Source: an uncultured Spirochaetota bacterium
GTDB taxonomy: Bacteria > Spirochaetota > Spirochaetia > SZUA-6 > Fen-1364
Direction of reading: 5' to 3'
Length of the DNA stretch: 64,000 nucleotides
Assembly: GCA_963820525.1 (NCBI GenBank)
Contig: CAWGAA010000003.1
Location: forward strand, 992,001-1,056,000
Shown in pieces: positions 37,233 to 47,041 of the stretch. A program made the position numbers and the translations under genes. Position 1 is the first letter of the stretch; the number at the start of each line of letters is the position of its first letter. The notes beneath the pieces were generated by a model that saw only the letters and a list, made by a program, of their open reading frames with translations, had not been told where the DNA came from and searched no databases.

Positions 37233-38125
37233 GCGCACCGGTGATCAAGCTCGGCATCCCCAAGGGCAGCCTGGAGAAAGCCACCATCGAGCTGTTCCAG
37301 AAGGCGGGATGGAAGATCAGCACCTCGGAGAGGTCGTACTTCCCCTCTGTAGACGACGGGGAGATCAAGTGCTCCCTCGTTCGCGCGCAGGAGATGGCAC
37401 GCTACGTCGAGAACGGCGTGCTGGACGTGGGGCTCACCGGCCTGGACTGGGTGCTGGAAAACGGGGCTGATGTGGAGGTGGTGACGGACCTCGTCTACTC
37501 GAAGGTGAGCACGAACAAGGCGCGGTGGGTGCTCGCCGCCCTGGCCTCCTCCACAATCAACTCCGTCGCCGACTGCGCGGGAAAGACGATCGCCACGGAG
37601 CTCGTGAGCTTTACCAAGAAGTACTTCGCGGACCGGGGCATCCCCGTGCACGTGGAGTTTTCCTGGGGGGCAACGGAAGCGAAGGCGGTGGATGGCCTCG
37701 TGGACGCGATCGTGGAGGTCACCGAGACGGGGACCACGCTCCGGGCCAATGGCCTGAAGATCGTGGACACGCTCCTGGAGACCAACACGAAGCTCATCGC
37801 CAACCGCGCCAGCATGAAAGACCCCGTCAAACGGCGCAAGATCCAGGGCATCGCGCTTCTCCTGCGGGGAGCCCTCTCCGCCGAGAACATGGTGGGATTG
37901 AAGATGAACGTGCCGGAGGCGAAGTTCGAGGAAATCGTGAGGCTCCTCCCCAGCCTCACCTCCCCCACCGTTGCGCGCCTGCACAACACGGCGTGGTTCT
38001 CCGTGGAGATCATCGTTCGGGAATCCATCGTGAGGGAGCTGATACCCAGGCTCATCGAACAGGGTGCGGACGGCATCATCGAGTACCCCCTGAACAAGGT
38101 GGTGAACAGGAGCGACGCCCTATGA
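37229..38125 (+). CDS. hisG: ATP phosphoribosyltransferase (long form)
   Basis: [38 protein letters not shown]-terminal SPTV regulatory domain. Confidence 0.96.
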   Translation: MSAPVIKLGIPKGSLEKATIELFQKAGWKISTSERSYFPSVDDGEIKCSLVRAQEMARYVENGVLDVGLTGLDWVLENGADVEVVTDLVYSKVSTNKARWVLAALASSTINSVADCAGKTIATELVSFTKKYFADRGIPVHVEFSWGATEAKAVDGLVDAIVEVTETGTTLRANGLKIVDTLLETNTKLIANRASMKDPVKRRKIQGIALLLRGALSAENMVGLKMNVPEAKFEEIVRLLPSLTSPTVARLHNTAWFSVEIIVRESIVRELIPRLIEQGADGIIEYPLNKVVNRSDAL

Positions 38126-40950
38126 GAGACCTCCGGCCGCCTTCGGGGCAGGGCTCCGCCGCCCCGGAAGGGGATTCACGCTCGCCCGTCTGGCACACGA
38201 TGGGCGCCTCGGAAACCGCCTCGGCGCTCGGCTCTCACGGCGCGGGCGGGATTTCTCCCGAGGAGGCTGCCGAACGGCTTGCCCAATGGGGGCCGAACGA
38301 GCTTGAAGAGAAGCCGCAGCCGGGCTTCCTCGCCCTGCTTTTAGATCAGTTCAAGGACTTCCTCGTCATCATCCTGATCGTGGCCGCCCTTGTGTCCATC
38401 TTCCTGGGAGAGCTTGTCGACGCGGGGGCCATCATCCTCATCGTGATTCTCAACGCAGCCCTTGGGGTGATCCAGGAGTCCAAGGCGGAGGAGGCGCTGG
38501 CCGCTCTCCGCAAGATGGCCGCTCCCGACGCCCGGGTGGTTCGGGGGGGTGCAACGCGGGTGGTGGCTTCCCGCGAGCTCGTTCCGGGGGACGTGGTGCT
38601 TCTGGAGGCCGGCGGCTTCGTGCCCGCGGACCTGCGGCTGGCTGAGAGCGTCAACCTCAGGGTCGAGGAAGCGTCCCTCACGGGAGAATCGGTGCCGGTT
38701 GAAAAGGACGCCGGCGCCGCCGTGGCCCGGGAGGCCCCGCTGGGAGACCGCCGTACCATGGCCTACATGGGCACCACGATCAGCTTTGGCAGGGGCAGGG
38801 GGATCGTGGTCGGCACGGGAATGCGCACCCAGATCGGGCTCATCGCTGAGATGATCCAGGAGGAGGACCGCGAAGACACCCCGCTTCAGAAAAAGCTCTC
38901 CCAGATGGGGAGATGGCTGGGGATCGGGGCCCTCGCCATCTGCGCCGTCGTGTTCCTCGCCGGGGTCCTCGAGGGCCGCGACATCCTCACGATGTTCCTC
39001 ACCTCGGTGAGCCTCGCCATTGCCGCGGTTCCCGAGGGCCTTCCCGCCATCGTCACCATCTGCCTGGCCCTTGGAATGCGGGAGATGATCAAGCACCACG
39101 CCCTGATCAGGAAGCTCCCCGCCGTGGAGACCCTGGGAAGCGCAACGGTGATCTGCACGGACAAGACGGGAACGCTCACGCAGAACGAGATGACGGCGGG
39201 GTGGCTCTTTGCCGACGGGGAGCTTCTCTCCGTTACCGGAGAGGGCTATCAGCCCTCGGGAGAGGTCAGGAAGGGAAGCGAGCGGGCGGAGCTTCGAAGC
39301 TACCCCTCCGTGAGGCTCCTCCTGCAGGCCGCGATGCTGGCGAGCGACGCCCACCTCGAGATGGGCGGCGAAGCCGATGAAGGCCGCTGGCGGATGGTGG
39401 GGGATCCCACCGAAGGCGCGCTGGTGGTTGCCGCCGCCAAGGCGGGCCTCGGGCGGGTCTCCGTGGAAAGCTTCTACCCCCGCGTTGGAGAGATCCCTTT
39501 CGATTCGGAGCGCAAGCGGATGACCACGATTCACCGCGTGCCGATCGGAGAAAGCATCCCATCCAAGGAGGCGGCCCCGGTGGGCACGCGCGCTCCCTTC
39601 GTCGCCTTCGTGAAGGGCGCCCCGGATCTCATTTTGGAGCGATGCTCGATGCTTGCGTCGATGGGGGCGGTCCGCCCCCTCGGGCAGTCTGACCGCTCCG
39701 AGATCCTGGCCGTCAATGCCTCCCTCGCCGCAAAGGCGCTTCGCGTCCTGGGCGCTGCCTACAGGCCGCTCGCGGCGCTTCCCTCCTCCCCCGGCGCCGA
39801 AGAGGTGGAGCGGAACCTCGTATTCATCGGCCTCGTGGGAATGATGGACCCGGCGCGGCCGGAAGCGGCCCGGGCCGTTGAGACGGCCCGTGCGGCGGGA
39901 CTCAAGGTGGTCATGGTAACGGGAGACTACAAGGAGACGGCGGCCGCCATCGCCAGGAACATCGGGCTGGTCGGCGACGGCGCCGCCGCGCTCTCCGGGG
40001 CGGAAATCGACAGCAAAGACGACGAGGAGCTGGCCCGGGCATTGGAAACGACGAGCATATTCTCCCGCGTCTCCCCTTCGCACAAGGTGCGCATCGTCGA
40101 CTGCCTGAAGAGCAGGGGCCATGTGGTCGGTATGACGGGAGACGGGGTGAACGATGCCCCGGCTCTCAAGCGGGCCGACATCGGGATCGCGATGGGGATC
40201 ACGGGGACCGACGTCACCAAGGAAACCGCCGACATGGTCCTCACCGACGACAATTTCGCCTCCATCATCTCCGCAGTGGAGCAGGGTCGGATCATCTTCT
40301 CCAACATCAGGAAGTTCGTCTATTACCTGTTGTCCTGCAACCTCGGAGAGATCGGGACGGTGCTCATCGGCACCCTCCTCGGCTGGCCCGTGCCCCTCAC
40401 CGCGATCCAGCTCCTCTGGACCAACCTCATCACGGACGGCGCTCCCGCCCTCGCCCTCGGTCTGGAGAAGGGAGAGCCGGACATCATGGCGCGGCCTCCC
40501 CGCCCCACCGCGGAGCCCATCCTCAACCCTTCCATGCGGCTCTCACTCGCCCTTCAGGCCGTTGCAATCACCTCAGCGTCGCTCCTGGCGTTCTGGCTCG
40601 GACAGCACGTCTTCGCCTCGGTGGACGCGGCCCGCACCATGGCTTTCGTGACCCTGTCGGGCTGCCAGCTGGCGCGGGCGTACACGAACCGCTCGGAGAG
40701 GGCGTCCGTCTTCGCCATCGGGATGTTCTCCAACAGATGGATGCAGTACGCCGTGCTCTCCTCGGTGGCGCTTCTGCTCGCGGTGATCTACATCCCCTTC
40801 ATCAGCACGGTGTTCAACGTCGTTCCCCTCGGGCTCCAGGCCTGGGCATACCTTCTCCCCCTGATCCTCCTTCCCGCCGTGGTGGATGAGATAGCGAAGA
40901 TCTTCCTGCGCCGAAGCGACATGCGGAAGGCGGCTTCCGTCGGGAGGTAA
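38122..40950 (+). CDS. P-type IIA (Ca2+-transporting-like) ATPase
   Basis: [44 protein letters not shown] overlap with hisG. Confidence 0.95.
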   Translation: MRDLRPPSGQGSAAPEGDSRSPVWHTMGASETASALGSHGAGGISPEEAAERLAQWGPNELEEKPQPGFLALLLDQFKDFLVIILIVAALVSIFLGELVDAGAIILIVILNAALGVIQESKAEEALAALRKMAAPDARVVRGGATRVVASRELVPGDVVLLEAGGFVPADLRLAESVNLRVEEASLTGESVPVEKDAGAAVAREAPLGDRRTMAYMGTTISFGRGRGIVVGTGMRTQIGLIAEMIQEEDREDTPLQKKLSQMGRWLGIGALAICAVVFLAGVLEGRDILTMFLTSVSLAIAAVPEGLPAIVTICLALGMREMIKHHALIRKLPAVETLGSATVICTDKTGTLTQNEMTAGWLFADGELLSVTGEGYQPSGEVRKGSERAELRSYPSVRLLLQAAMLASDAHLEMGGEADEGRWRMVGDPTEGALVVAAAKAGLGRVSVESFYPRVGEIPFDSERKRMTTIHRVPIGESIPSKEAAPVGTRAPFVAFVKGAPDLILERCSMLASMGAVRPLGQSDRSEILAVNASLAAKALRVLGAAYRPLAALPSSPGAEEVERNLVFIGLVGMMDPARPEAARAVETARAAGLKVVMVTGDYKETAAAIARNIGLVGDGAAALSGAEIDSKDDEELARALETTSIFSRVSPSHKVRIVDCLKSRGHVVGMTGDGVNDAPALKRADIGIAMGITGTDVTKETADMVLTDDNFASIISAVEQGRIIFSNIRKFVYYLLSCNLGEIGTVLIGTLLGWPVPLTAIQLLWTNLITDGAPALALGLEKGEPDIMARPPRPTAEPILNPSMRLSLALQAVAITSASLLAFWLGQHVFASVDAARTMAFVTLSGCQLARAYTNRSERASVFAIGMFSNRWMQYAVLSSVALLLAVIYIPFISTVFNVVPLGLQAWAYLLPLILLPAVVDEIAKIFLRRSDMRKAASVGR

Positions 40951-40952
40951 GC

Positions 40953-41747
40953 ATGGAGCAGTACCTTCAGTTGTGCAGGCGAATTCTCGACAGCGGCGTG
41001 GACAGAGAAGACAGGACCGGAGTGGGAACGCGCAGCGTCTTCGGCCATCAGATGCGCTTCGACCTGGCCAGGGGCTTTCCCCTTCTGACCACCAAGAAGC
41101 TCTTCATCAAGGGGATCATCCACGAGCTTCTCTGGTTCCTCCGGGGAGAGACGAACATCCGCTCCCTGAACGAGGCGGGGGTCCACATCTGGGACCAGTG
41201 GGCGAACGCCGACGGTGAGCTGGGCCCCGTGTACGGGAGGCAGTGGCGGTCGTGGCCCGCCCCCGACGGCAGGTCCATCGACCAGATCGCCCTGCTCATT
41301 GAGGGAATCAGGAAGTTCCCCACTTCGCGGCGGCACATCGTGTGCGCGTGGAACGTGGCGGAGATCGAAAGGATGGCCCTCCCCCCCTGCCACTGCCTCT
41401 TTCAATTCTACGCGGCGGACGAAGGGCTCTCCTGCCAGCTCTATCAGCGGAGCGCGGATGTGTTCCTTGGAGTCCCCTTCAACATCGCTTCCTACAGTTT
41501 GCTCACCCTCATGGTTGCCCAGGTCTGCGGCCTGCGAGCGCGGGAGTTCATCCATACGCTGGGCGACGCGCATATCTACGCGAATCACGTGGACAAGGTG
41601 CGGCTCCAGCTCACCCGCGCGCCGCGCGTCCTTCCCGTGATGAAGCTCAACCCCGCCGTCAGGGAGATCGACGCCTTCCGTTACGAGGATTTCACGCTTG
41701 AAGGCTACGACCCTCATCCCCATATAAAAGGCGATATCGCCGTATAA
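40953..41747 (+). CDS. thyA: Thymidylate synthase
   Basis: [41 protein letters not shown]. Confidence 0.98.
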   Translation: MEQYLQLCRRILDSGVDREDRTGVGTRSVFGHQMRFDLARGFPLLTTKKLFIKGIIHELLWFLRGETNIRSLNEAGVHIWDQWANADGELGPVYGRQWRSWPAPDGRSIDQIALLIEGIRKFPTSRRHIVCAWNVAEIERMALPPCHCLFQFYAADEGLSCQLYQRSADVFLGVPFNIASYSLLTLMVAQVCGLRAREFIHTLGDAHIYANHVDKVRLQLTRAPRVLPVMKLNPAVREIDAFRYEDFTLEGYDPHPHIKGDIAV

Positions 41748-41757
41748 GGAGCGCCCG

Positions 41758-42243
41758 GTGCCCGTTTCGCTTATCGCGGCAGTGGCCGCCAACCGCGTCA
41801 TCGGCCGCGGCGGAATGCTTCCCTGGCGGCTCGCTGCCGACATGGCCTACTTCAAGGGCATCACCATGGGGCATACCCTCGTGATGGGGAGAAAAACCTT
41901 CCAGACCATCGGCAAGCCCATCCCCGGCAGGCGGATCGTCGTTTTGACCCGCGACCCGGCGTTCAGCGCTCCGGGGTGTCTCATCGCCCGCTCCCCGGAC
42001 GAGGCAATGGCGCGGTCCGCCTCGGATGAGCTGTTCGTGGCGGGAGGCGCTGAGATCTTCGCCCTCTTCCTGCCGCTCGCCGAGCGTCTCTACATCACCC
42101 ACGTCGACTCCGCCGTTTCCGGCGACACGCTTTTCCCCGAGATCGATTACCGTCAGTGGCGGGTCGTGTCGGAGAAGCCGGGCGTTGTGGATGAAAAAAA
42201 CCCCCTGCCCCACCGCTTCGTCGTCTACGAAAAGAGGCGGTGA
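41758..42243 (+). CDS. folA: Dihydrofolate reductase
   Basis: IAAVAANRVIG; LPW; MGRKTF; GGAEIF; GDTLFP. Confidence 0.96.
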   Translation: MPVSLIAAVAANRVIGRGGMLPWRLAADMAYFKGITMGHTLVMGRKTFQTIGKPIPGRRIVVLTRDPAFSAPGCLIARSPDEAMARSASDELFVAGGAEIFALFLPLAERLYITHVDSAVSGDTLFPEIDYRQWRVVSEKPGVVDEKNPLPHRFVVYEKRR

Positions 42244-42371
42244 TGAGGGCGGATGAGATTCTGAAGCGCTTGAAGGGGATGTCCAGCCCCGAAGGCGTGA
42301 AGTGGGTGGCCTCCGATGCCCTTCGCGAGCTTACCAGCGCAGCGGTGCGGCGGCGCATCCGCTGCCGATAG
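42243..42371 (+). pseudogene. 42-aa in-frame head+tail remnant of a DNA alkylation repair (AlkD-like) protein
   Basis: MRADEILKRLKGMSSPEGV joined to KWVASDALRELTSAAVRRRI, matching my recollection of the family termini; TGATG coupling to folA. Confidence 0.6.
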
Positions 42372-42443
42372 CCAGGGCCCCGCCGGGGCGGCGCATACGC
42401 TGCCGATAGCCAGGGCCCCGCCGGGGCGCCGCATCCGCTGCCG
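42349..42443. repeat. 38-bp tandem repeat, about 2.5 copies
   Basis: ggcggcgcat(c/a)cgctgccgatagccagggccccgccgg starting at 42349, 42387 and partially at 42425. Confidence 0.9.
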
Positions 42444-42536
42444 GCAAGCCTGGGCGCCGCGGTTCCGCGCCGGGTACAGCTACGCGCCCGCACGCCCGCG
42501 TGACGCCGCGCGCCGACATGTGTTACACTTGATCTG

Positions 42537-43262
42537 ATGGCCGGAGAGACGATTCTCATCGTCGAGGACGAGGCTTCCGTGGCGCGCGGCCTGGAGTACG
42601 GCCTGAAAGCGGAAGGCTTCGCCGTGCTTGCGGCCCCCAATGGCAAAAAGGCGCTCGAGCTGGCCCGGGGCTCCAACCCCCACCTCATTCTCCTGGACAT
42701 CCGGCTTCCCGACATGAGCGGATTCGACGTGTGCCGCACCCTGCGCGAGGAAGGGATGGCTCTTCCCATTCTCATGGTGACGGCCCGCGATGAGGAGGTG
42801 GACAAGGTCCTGGGGCTCGAGCTGGGGGCCGACGACTACATCGTCAAGCCCTTCAGCTTCCGGGAGCTTCTCTCGCGGATCCGCGCGGCGCTGCGGCGGG
42901 CCTACGGGGAACTCTCCTCCTCGAGCGGCGCGGAAAAGGTTTCGTTCGGGGAGATCGTGGTGGACTTACAAAAGCTGCGCGTGGACAAGAAGGGGAGAAA
43001 CGTATACCTCACTCCGACCGAATACCGCCTGCTGCGCCAGCTCGTCACCCACCCCGACCAGGTCTTCAGCAGGGACTCCCTTCTGGAGATCGTCTGGGGA
43101 TACGACAGCTCGGTGGATTCTCACCGAACTGTGGACGTTCACATGCGCCATCTGCGGGAGAAGATCGAGGACGACCCCGCCAACCCCCGCTGGCTGCTCA
43201 CCGTGCGGGGGACGGGCTACATGTTCTCTCCCGTACAGCCTGAAAATGTTAACGAAATTTAA
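42537..43262 (+). CDS. OmpR-family response regulator
   Basis: LLDIRLPD; LGLELGADDYIVKPF; LTPTEYRLL; RTVDVHMRHLREKIE; TVRGTGY. Confidence 0.95.
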   Translation: MAGETILIVEDEASVARGLEYGLKAEGFAVLAAPNGKKALELARGSNPHLILLDIRLPDMSGFDVCRTLREEGMALPILMVTARDEEVDKVLGLELGADDYIVKPFSFRELLSRIRAALRRAYGELSSSSGAEKVSFGEIVVDLQKLRVDKKGRNVYLTPTEYRLLRQLVTHPDQVFSRDSLLEIVWGYDSSVDSHRTVDVHMRHLREKIEDDPANPRWLLTVRGTGYMFSPVQPENVNEI

Positions 43263-43306
43263 CCGCTTCGCAAAACAACGATAACGATGGTGAGGTAGGT
43301 TATACT
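43248..43306 (+). promoter_or_regulatory. Putative OmpR-type direct-repeat site and -10 element of the PDZ gene
   Basis: gTTAAC-gaaa-tTTAAC direct repeat about one helical turn apart, upstream of TATACT (43301-43306). Confidence 0.45.
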
Positions 43307-43322
43307 TCGGAGGTAGACCTTC

Positions 43323-44555
43323 ATGTTGCGAAATTTTTTCAACCTGCCTCGCGCAGGGCTATTGGCCGCGGCCATCCTTACCGCGGGAGCGGCGCTGCTC
43401 TTTGCCCAAACCCCCGTCCCGCGGGGCCCCGGCTCGCCCGCGCCGGACATCGTGAGCGCTCCCGGCGTTCTTGTGGGCGCGGTGTTCAGCGGAAGCCCTG
43501 CCGAAAAAGCGGGAATCTCGCGCGGCGACATCGTTCTGTCCGCCGACGGGAAGGACGTCAATACCGTGCCTGACCTCGTCCGGGCCGTTGAGGCGCACAA
43601 GGCGGGCGACACGCTCTCCCTCAGGATCAAACATGGAGACGCGGAACGAACGCTCAAGCTCGCCCTGGCGGAGAGGGACGCGCGCCCGTACCTCGGCATC
43701 CTTCCCTACGCTCCCCAATTCGTGAGAAACGAAGGGCAGGGATCGCGCGGCGTGCCGCCCCGTAGCGGGGCCTCCGTCGTTCGCGTTCTTCCCGGAAGCC
43801 CGGCGGAGAAGGCCGGCGTGAAGACGGCGGACCTGATCGTCTCGGCGGACGGAGTCACGGTGGGGCCGCAAAACGATCTTTCTGCTCTCATCGCCAAGCA
43901 CAAGGTCGGCGACACGGTGACCCTTTCCGTGGTCACCGCGGGCCAGCCCGCGCGTGACATCACGGTGATCCTGGAAAAGAATCCTCAGAAACCGGACAGC
44001 CCCTATCTGGGAATCGAGTACGGGCGGCCGCGCGGGTTCTCGATGATGCCCGGCTTCTCCCGCGGTATGCTCGGACCCTTCGGACGCGAAGGCTTCGGGC
44101 CCGGCGCTGGCGGAAACATCATCCAGGGAACCATCGTCGATGCGGTCTCGGACAACAGCCCGGCGGCCAAAGCCGGAATCAAGGCTCGGGATATCATCAC
44201 CGCGGTTGACGGCACCGCCGTCATCTCCCCTCGAGGGCTCGTTGACGCGCTCTCCAAGCGCAAGCCGGGGGATGCCGTCACCGTGACGGTGTATCGCTTC
44301 AATGATGACAAGAGCGTCCAGGTCAAGGTGACCCTCGGTCAGGCGCCGCAGGGCTCCGGCTCTCAAGGGAACGCAGCCGCGAGCGGAGCGTTCCTGGGCG
44401 CCACGGTGAGCAGGTTCATGGGGTGGGAAGGTCCCGACGGGGAGCGCACGCTTCCCCTGGCCCCCGGGCCGCGGGAAGCGCTTCCCCCCGGGATGCCGCT
44501 CCTTCGCCTGGACCCGCAGGCCCCGAATCCGCCGGTGCAGGCCTCCGAAGCGTAA
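43323..44555 (+). CDS. Secreted triple-PDZ protein with no protease domain
   Basis: Signal peptide; three SPA(E/A)KAG...DI(V/I)..(A/V)DG PDZ units; no GNSGG motif. Confidence 0.85.
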   Translation: MLRNFFNLPRAGLLAAAILTAGAALLFAQTPVPRGPGSPAPDIVSAPGVLVGAVFSGSPAEKAGISRGDIVLSADGKDVNTVPDLVRAVEAHKAGDTLSLRIKHGDAERTLKLALAERDARPYLGILPYAPQFVRNEGQGSRGVPPRSGASVVRVLPGSPAEKAGVKTADLIVSADGVTVGPQNDLSALIAKHKVGDTVTLSVVTAGQPARDITVILEKNPQKPDSPYLGIEYGRPRGFSMMPGFSRGMLGPFGREGFGPGAGGNIIQGTIVDAVSDNSPAAKAGIKARDIITAVDGTAVISPRGLVDALSKRKPGDAVTVTVYRFNDDKSVQVKVTLGQAPQGSGSQGNAAASGAFLGATVSRFMGWEGPDGERTLPLAPGPREALPPGMPLLRLDPQAPNPPVQASEA

Positions 44556-44570
44556 AGGGGAGGAGAAGCC

Positions 44571-46184
44571 GTGTTTCGAACCATCCGCTGGCGGCTCGTG
44601 GCGAGCTACGCCGCGCTGATCCTGCTCGCCGTGACCCTCATGGGAGGGCTGGCCGTCTCGTTTCTCCAGAGATACGTGGACCGGCAGGAAAGGGATTTTC
44701 TCGACGCCAACGCCGCGGCGGTGGCGCGGCAGGCGCGGCTGTTCCTCGCCCCGCCCATAAGGCGGGTGGCGCTGGAGGAGCTGGCGTACACCTCGGCGTT
44801 CCTCGGCAACGCGCGGGTGCGGGTCCTGGACGGCGACAAATCGGTGCTGGCGGACTCAGGAGATCCCTCGCAGCCGGACGAGTTCATCTGGCTCGTCCCG
44901 TCGGGACTCGCCGAGATCGACCTCGAGCACCACAACACGGCTCCCTTCATCATCACCCTGCCGGCTCCCGGGCGGGCCGGCCGTCCGCAGAGTCTTCGCG
45001 ATATCATGCCCCTCCTTCGCGATCTCCCCCTGGGCACCTCCCGCGTTTACGCGCAGAGGTTCTTCACGCCCTGGGGGAGACGCTTTGAGTTCAGGAGCTC
45101 CGAGGAACCCTCTTCGAACTCCGCCTCCGCGGGGGCGCCCCGGAATTTCCTCACGGTGACCCTGCCCGTCGACCTCCAGGGGGCGCGGCTGGGATACGTG
45201 GAAATGTCCAGCCCCCTGAGTCTCCAGCGGGAGGCGATCGGGACCATGAGCACCGCCCTGGTGTTCTCCGGGCTGGGAGCGCTCGCCGTAGCGGTGGCTG
45301 TGGGGCTTCTCATTGGAAAGACCCTCACGGATCCGCTGCGGAGCCTCGCCTTTGCCGCCAAACGGATGGCAGGCGGCGATCTCACGGCCCGCGCCTCCGG
45401 CGAACGGCGCGACGAAATGGGAGCTCTCGCCCGCCAGTTCAACGGCATGGCGGAAAGCCTCGAGAGGAGCTTCCGGCAGCTTGAGGTGGAGCGGGACTCC
45501 CTGAAGCGTTTCGTGGCCGACGCCTCCCACGAGCTTCGCACCCCGATCACGGCGCTTTCCACCTTCACGGAGCTGCTCCAGGGCCGCGCCGAAGAGGATC
45601 CCAAGGCCCGTGCCGAGTTTCTCCGGGAAAGCATGAAGCAGATCAAGCGGCTGGAGTGGATCACGGGGAACCTCCTCGACCTCTCGCGCCTGGACGCGGG
45701 CATCGCTTCCCTCTCTTTCAATGCGCACGACGCGGCGAATCTTCTGGAGGAGGCAGCCGCGCCGGTGCGCGCCCAGGCACGGGAAAAGGGGATCGCGCTC
45801 GAGGTCACGCCCCCGGGCGCCGGCCTGGAGGTGCGGTGCGATCGTGAGCGTGTGATCATGGCCCTTTCCAACCTCATCGCGAACGCCGTCAAATTCACGC
45901 CCCCCGGAGGCTCGATAGAAGCCTGCGTCTCGCAGGCGGGCGACTTCTCGCGCTTCACCGTCCGGGATACCGGCCGCGGAATCGAGGAGCGGGACGTTCC
46001 TCGCGTCTTTGAGAGGTTCTACCGGGGAAAGAACGACGGCGAGGAAGGCGCGGGGTTGGGCCTCGCAATCGTCAAGAGCGTGGCCGAGGCGCATGGCGGC
46101 TCGGTGGCAATCGAGAGCGCTCCGGGAAAGGGCACTCTCGTCTCCATGGACATCCCTCTCCGCCGAGCCGACCGCTCCGCCTGA
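44571..46184 (+). CDS. HAMP sensor histidine kinase (BaeS/OmpR-partner type)
   Basis: 2 TM; HAMP; FVADASHELRTP; NLIANAVKF; DTGRGI; GAGLGLAIV. Confidence 0.93.
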   Translation: MFRTIRWRLVASYAALILLAVTLMGGLAVSFLQRYVDRQERDFLDANAAAVARQARLFLAPPIRRVALEELAYTSAFLGNARVRVLDGDKSVLADSGDPSQPDEFIWLVPSGLAEIDLEHHNTAPFIITLPAPGRAGRPQSLRDIMPLLRDLPLGTSRVYAQRFFTPWGRRFEFRSSEEPSSNSASAGAPRNFLTVTLPVDLQGARLGYVEMSSPLSLQREAIGTMSTALVFSGLGALAVAVAVGLLIGKTLTDPLRSLAFAAKRMAGGDLTARASGERRDEMGALARQFNGMAESLERSFRQLEVERDSLKRFVADASHELRTPITALSTFTELLQGRAEEDPKARAEFLRESMKQIKRLEWITGNLLDLSRLDAGIASLSFNAHDAANLLEEAAAPVRAQAREKGIALEVTPPGAGLEVRCDRERVIMALSNLIANAVKFTPPGGSIEACVSQAGDFSRFTVRDTGRGIEERDVPRVFERFYRGKNDGEEGAGLGLAIVKSVAEAHGGSVAIESAPGKGTLVSMDIPLRRADRSA

Positions 46185-46256
46185 AATGGCTCGCCGCCGG
46201 ACGCGATTGCCGCTCCGCGGGCGCGCCAGTATTTTCGGTTTACGGGAGGTACACCA

Positions 46257-46904
46257 ATGAAGAAGCCCATTCTCTGCCTTTTATTCTGCGTCCTTGCGGC
46301 GAGCGCGTTCGCGCAGGGGGAGAAATCCCCCCGGGAGGAGCTCAACGACGAGGTCACCGCGATCCTGGACCGGAACGCCTCCACCACGCTGGGGACGATG
46401 AGCCTTGGAGACGCGGAAAAGATCGCGGGAGAGATCTCCGTCGCGTATCAGAAGTACGCCTATATCGAGTCATCGCGGGCCGCGTCCTTCATGCTTCCTG
46501 GGCTTGGCCAGTTCAAAAACGGGGACGCTATGGGGGGAAGCCTCTTTCTCATCGGAGATCTGGCCGTCACCGCCGGCGCCCTGCTGGGCGCATACTACCT
46601 CCTTCCGGCCAACGTGAGGTTCGACTCTCTGGATTATCTCAACACCCCGCTTTCCGCGATCAGGACGACGTGGCAGTCGAACACGGTCATGAACTATCTC
46701 CCCAGCGCCGGGGTGCTCGCGGGGGGAATGCTCGTGAACGGGCTCCTGCGCTGGTTCTCCGCAGAAAACGCCACATCCCTGGCGCGCAAGAACATCGCGG
46801 ACGGCAAAGTCACTTTCCAGCCCAGGTTCGTTCCCCTTTTTGGCCCATTAGCCGGGCCGGACGGCCGGATGGGAATGGGGATGATGATGCGCTTCGGGTA
46901 CTAG
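46257..46904 (+). CDS. Hypothetical secreted/membrane protein
   Basis: GGAGG RBS; signal peptide; SFMLPGLGQFKNG followed by hydrophobic segments. Confidence 0.75.
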   Translation: MKKPILCLLFCVLAASAFAQGEKSPREELNDEVTAILDRNASTTLGTMSLGDAEKIAGEISVAYQKYAYIESSRAASFMLPGLGQFKNGDAMGGSLFLIGDLAVTAGALLGAYYLLPANVRFDSLDYLNTPLSAIRTTWQSNTVMNYLPSAGVLAGGMLVNGLLRWFSAENATSLARKNIADGKVTFQPRFVPLFGPLAGPDGRMGMGMMMRFGY

Positions 46905-47041
46905 CGCGACCCGCTACCTTCAAACGCCGCCGTTTCGCGGCGCGTGAACCCCCGTTCGGCGGCTCATGGTTGATTTCACGGCGCGCGAGCACGCGCCCGG
47001 CAGCTCATGACTCGTTCGCGGGGCGCCCCGGAAGCAACGCT

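Noticed and set aside
42349..42443. 38-bp repeats as a CRISPR array
   Set aside because: The units are contiguous with no unique spacers, and there are no cas genes.
46905..47041. GC-rich intergenic tract between convergent genes as an ncRNA
   Set aside because: Only short weak hairpins and no recognisable RNA family.
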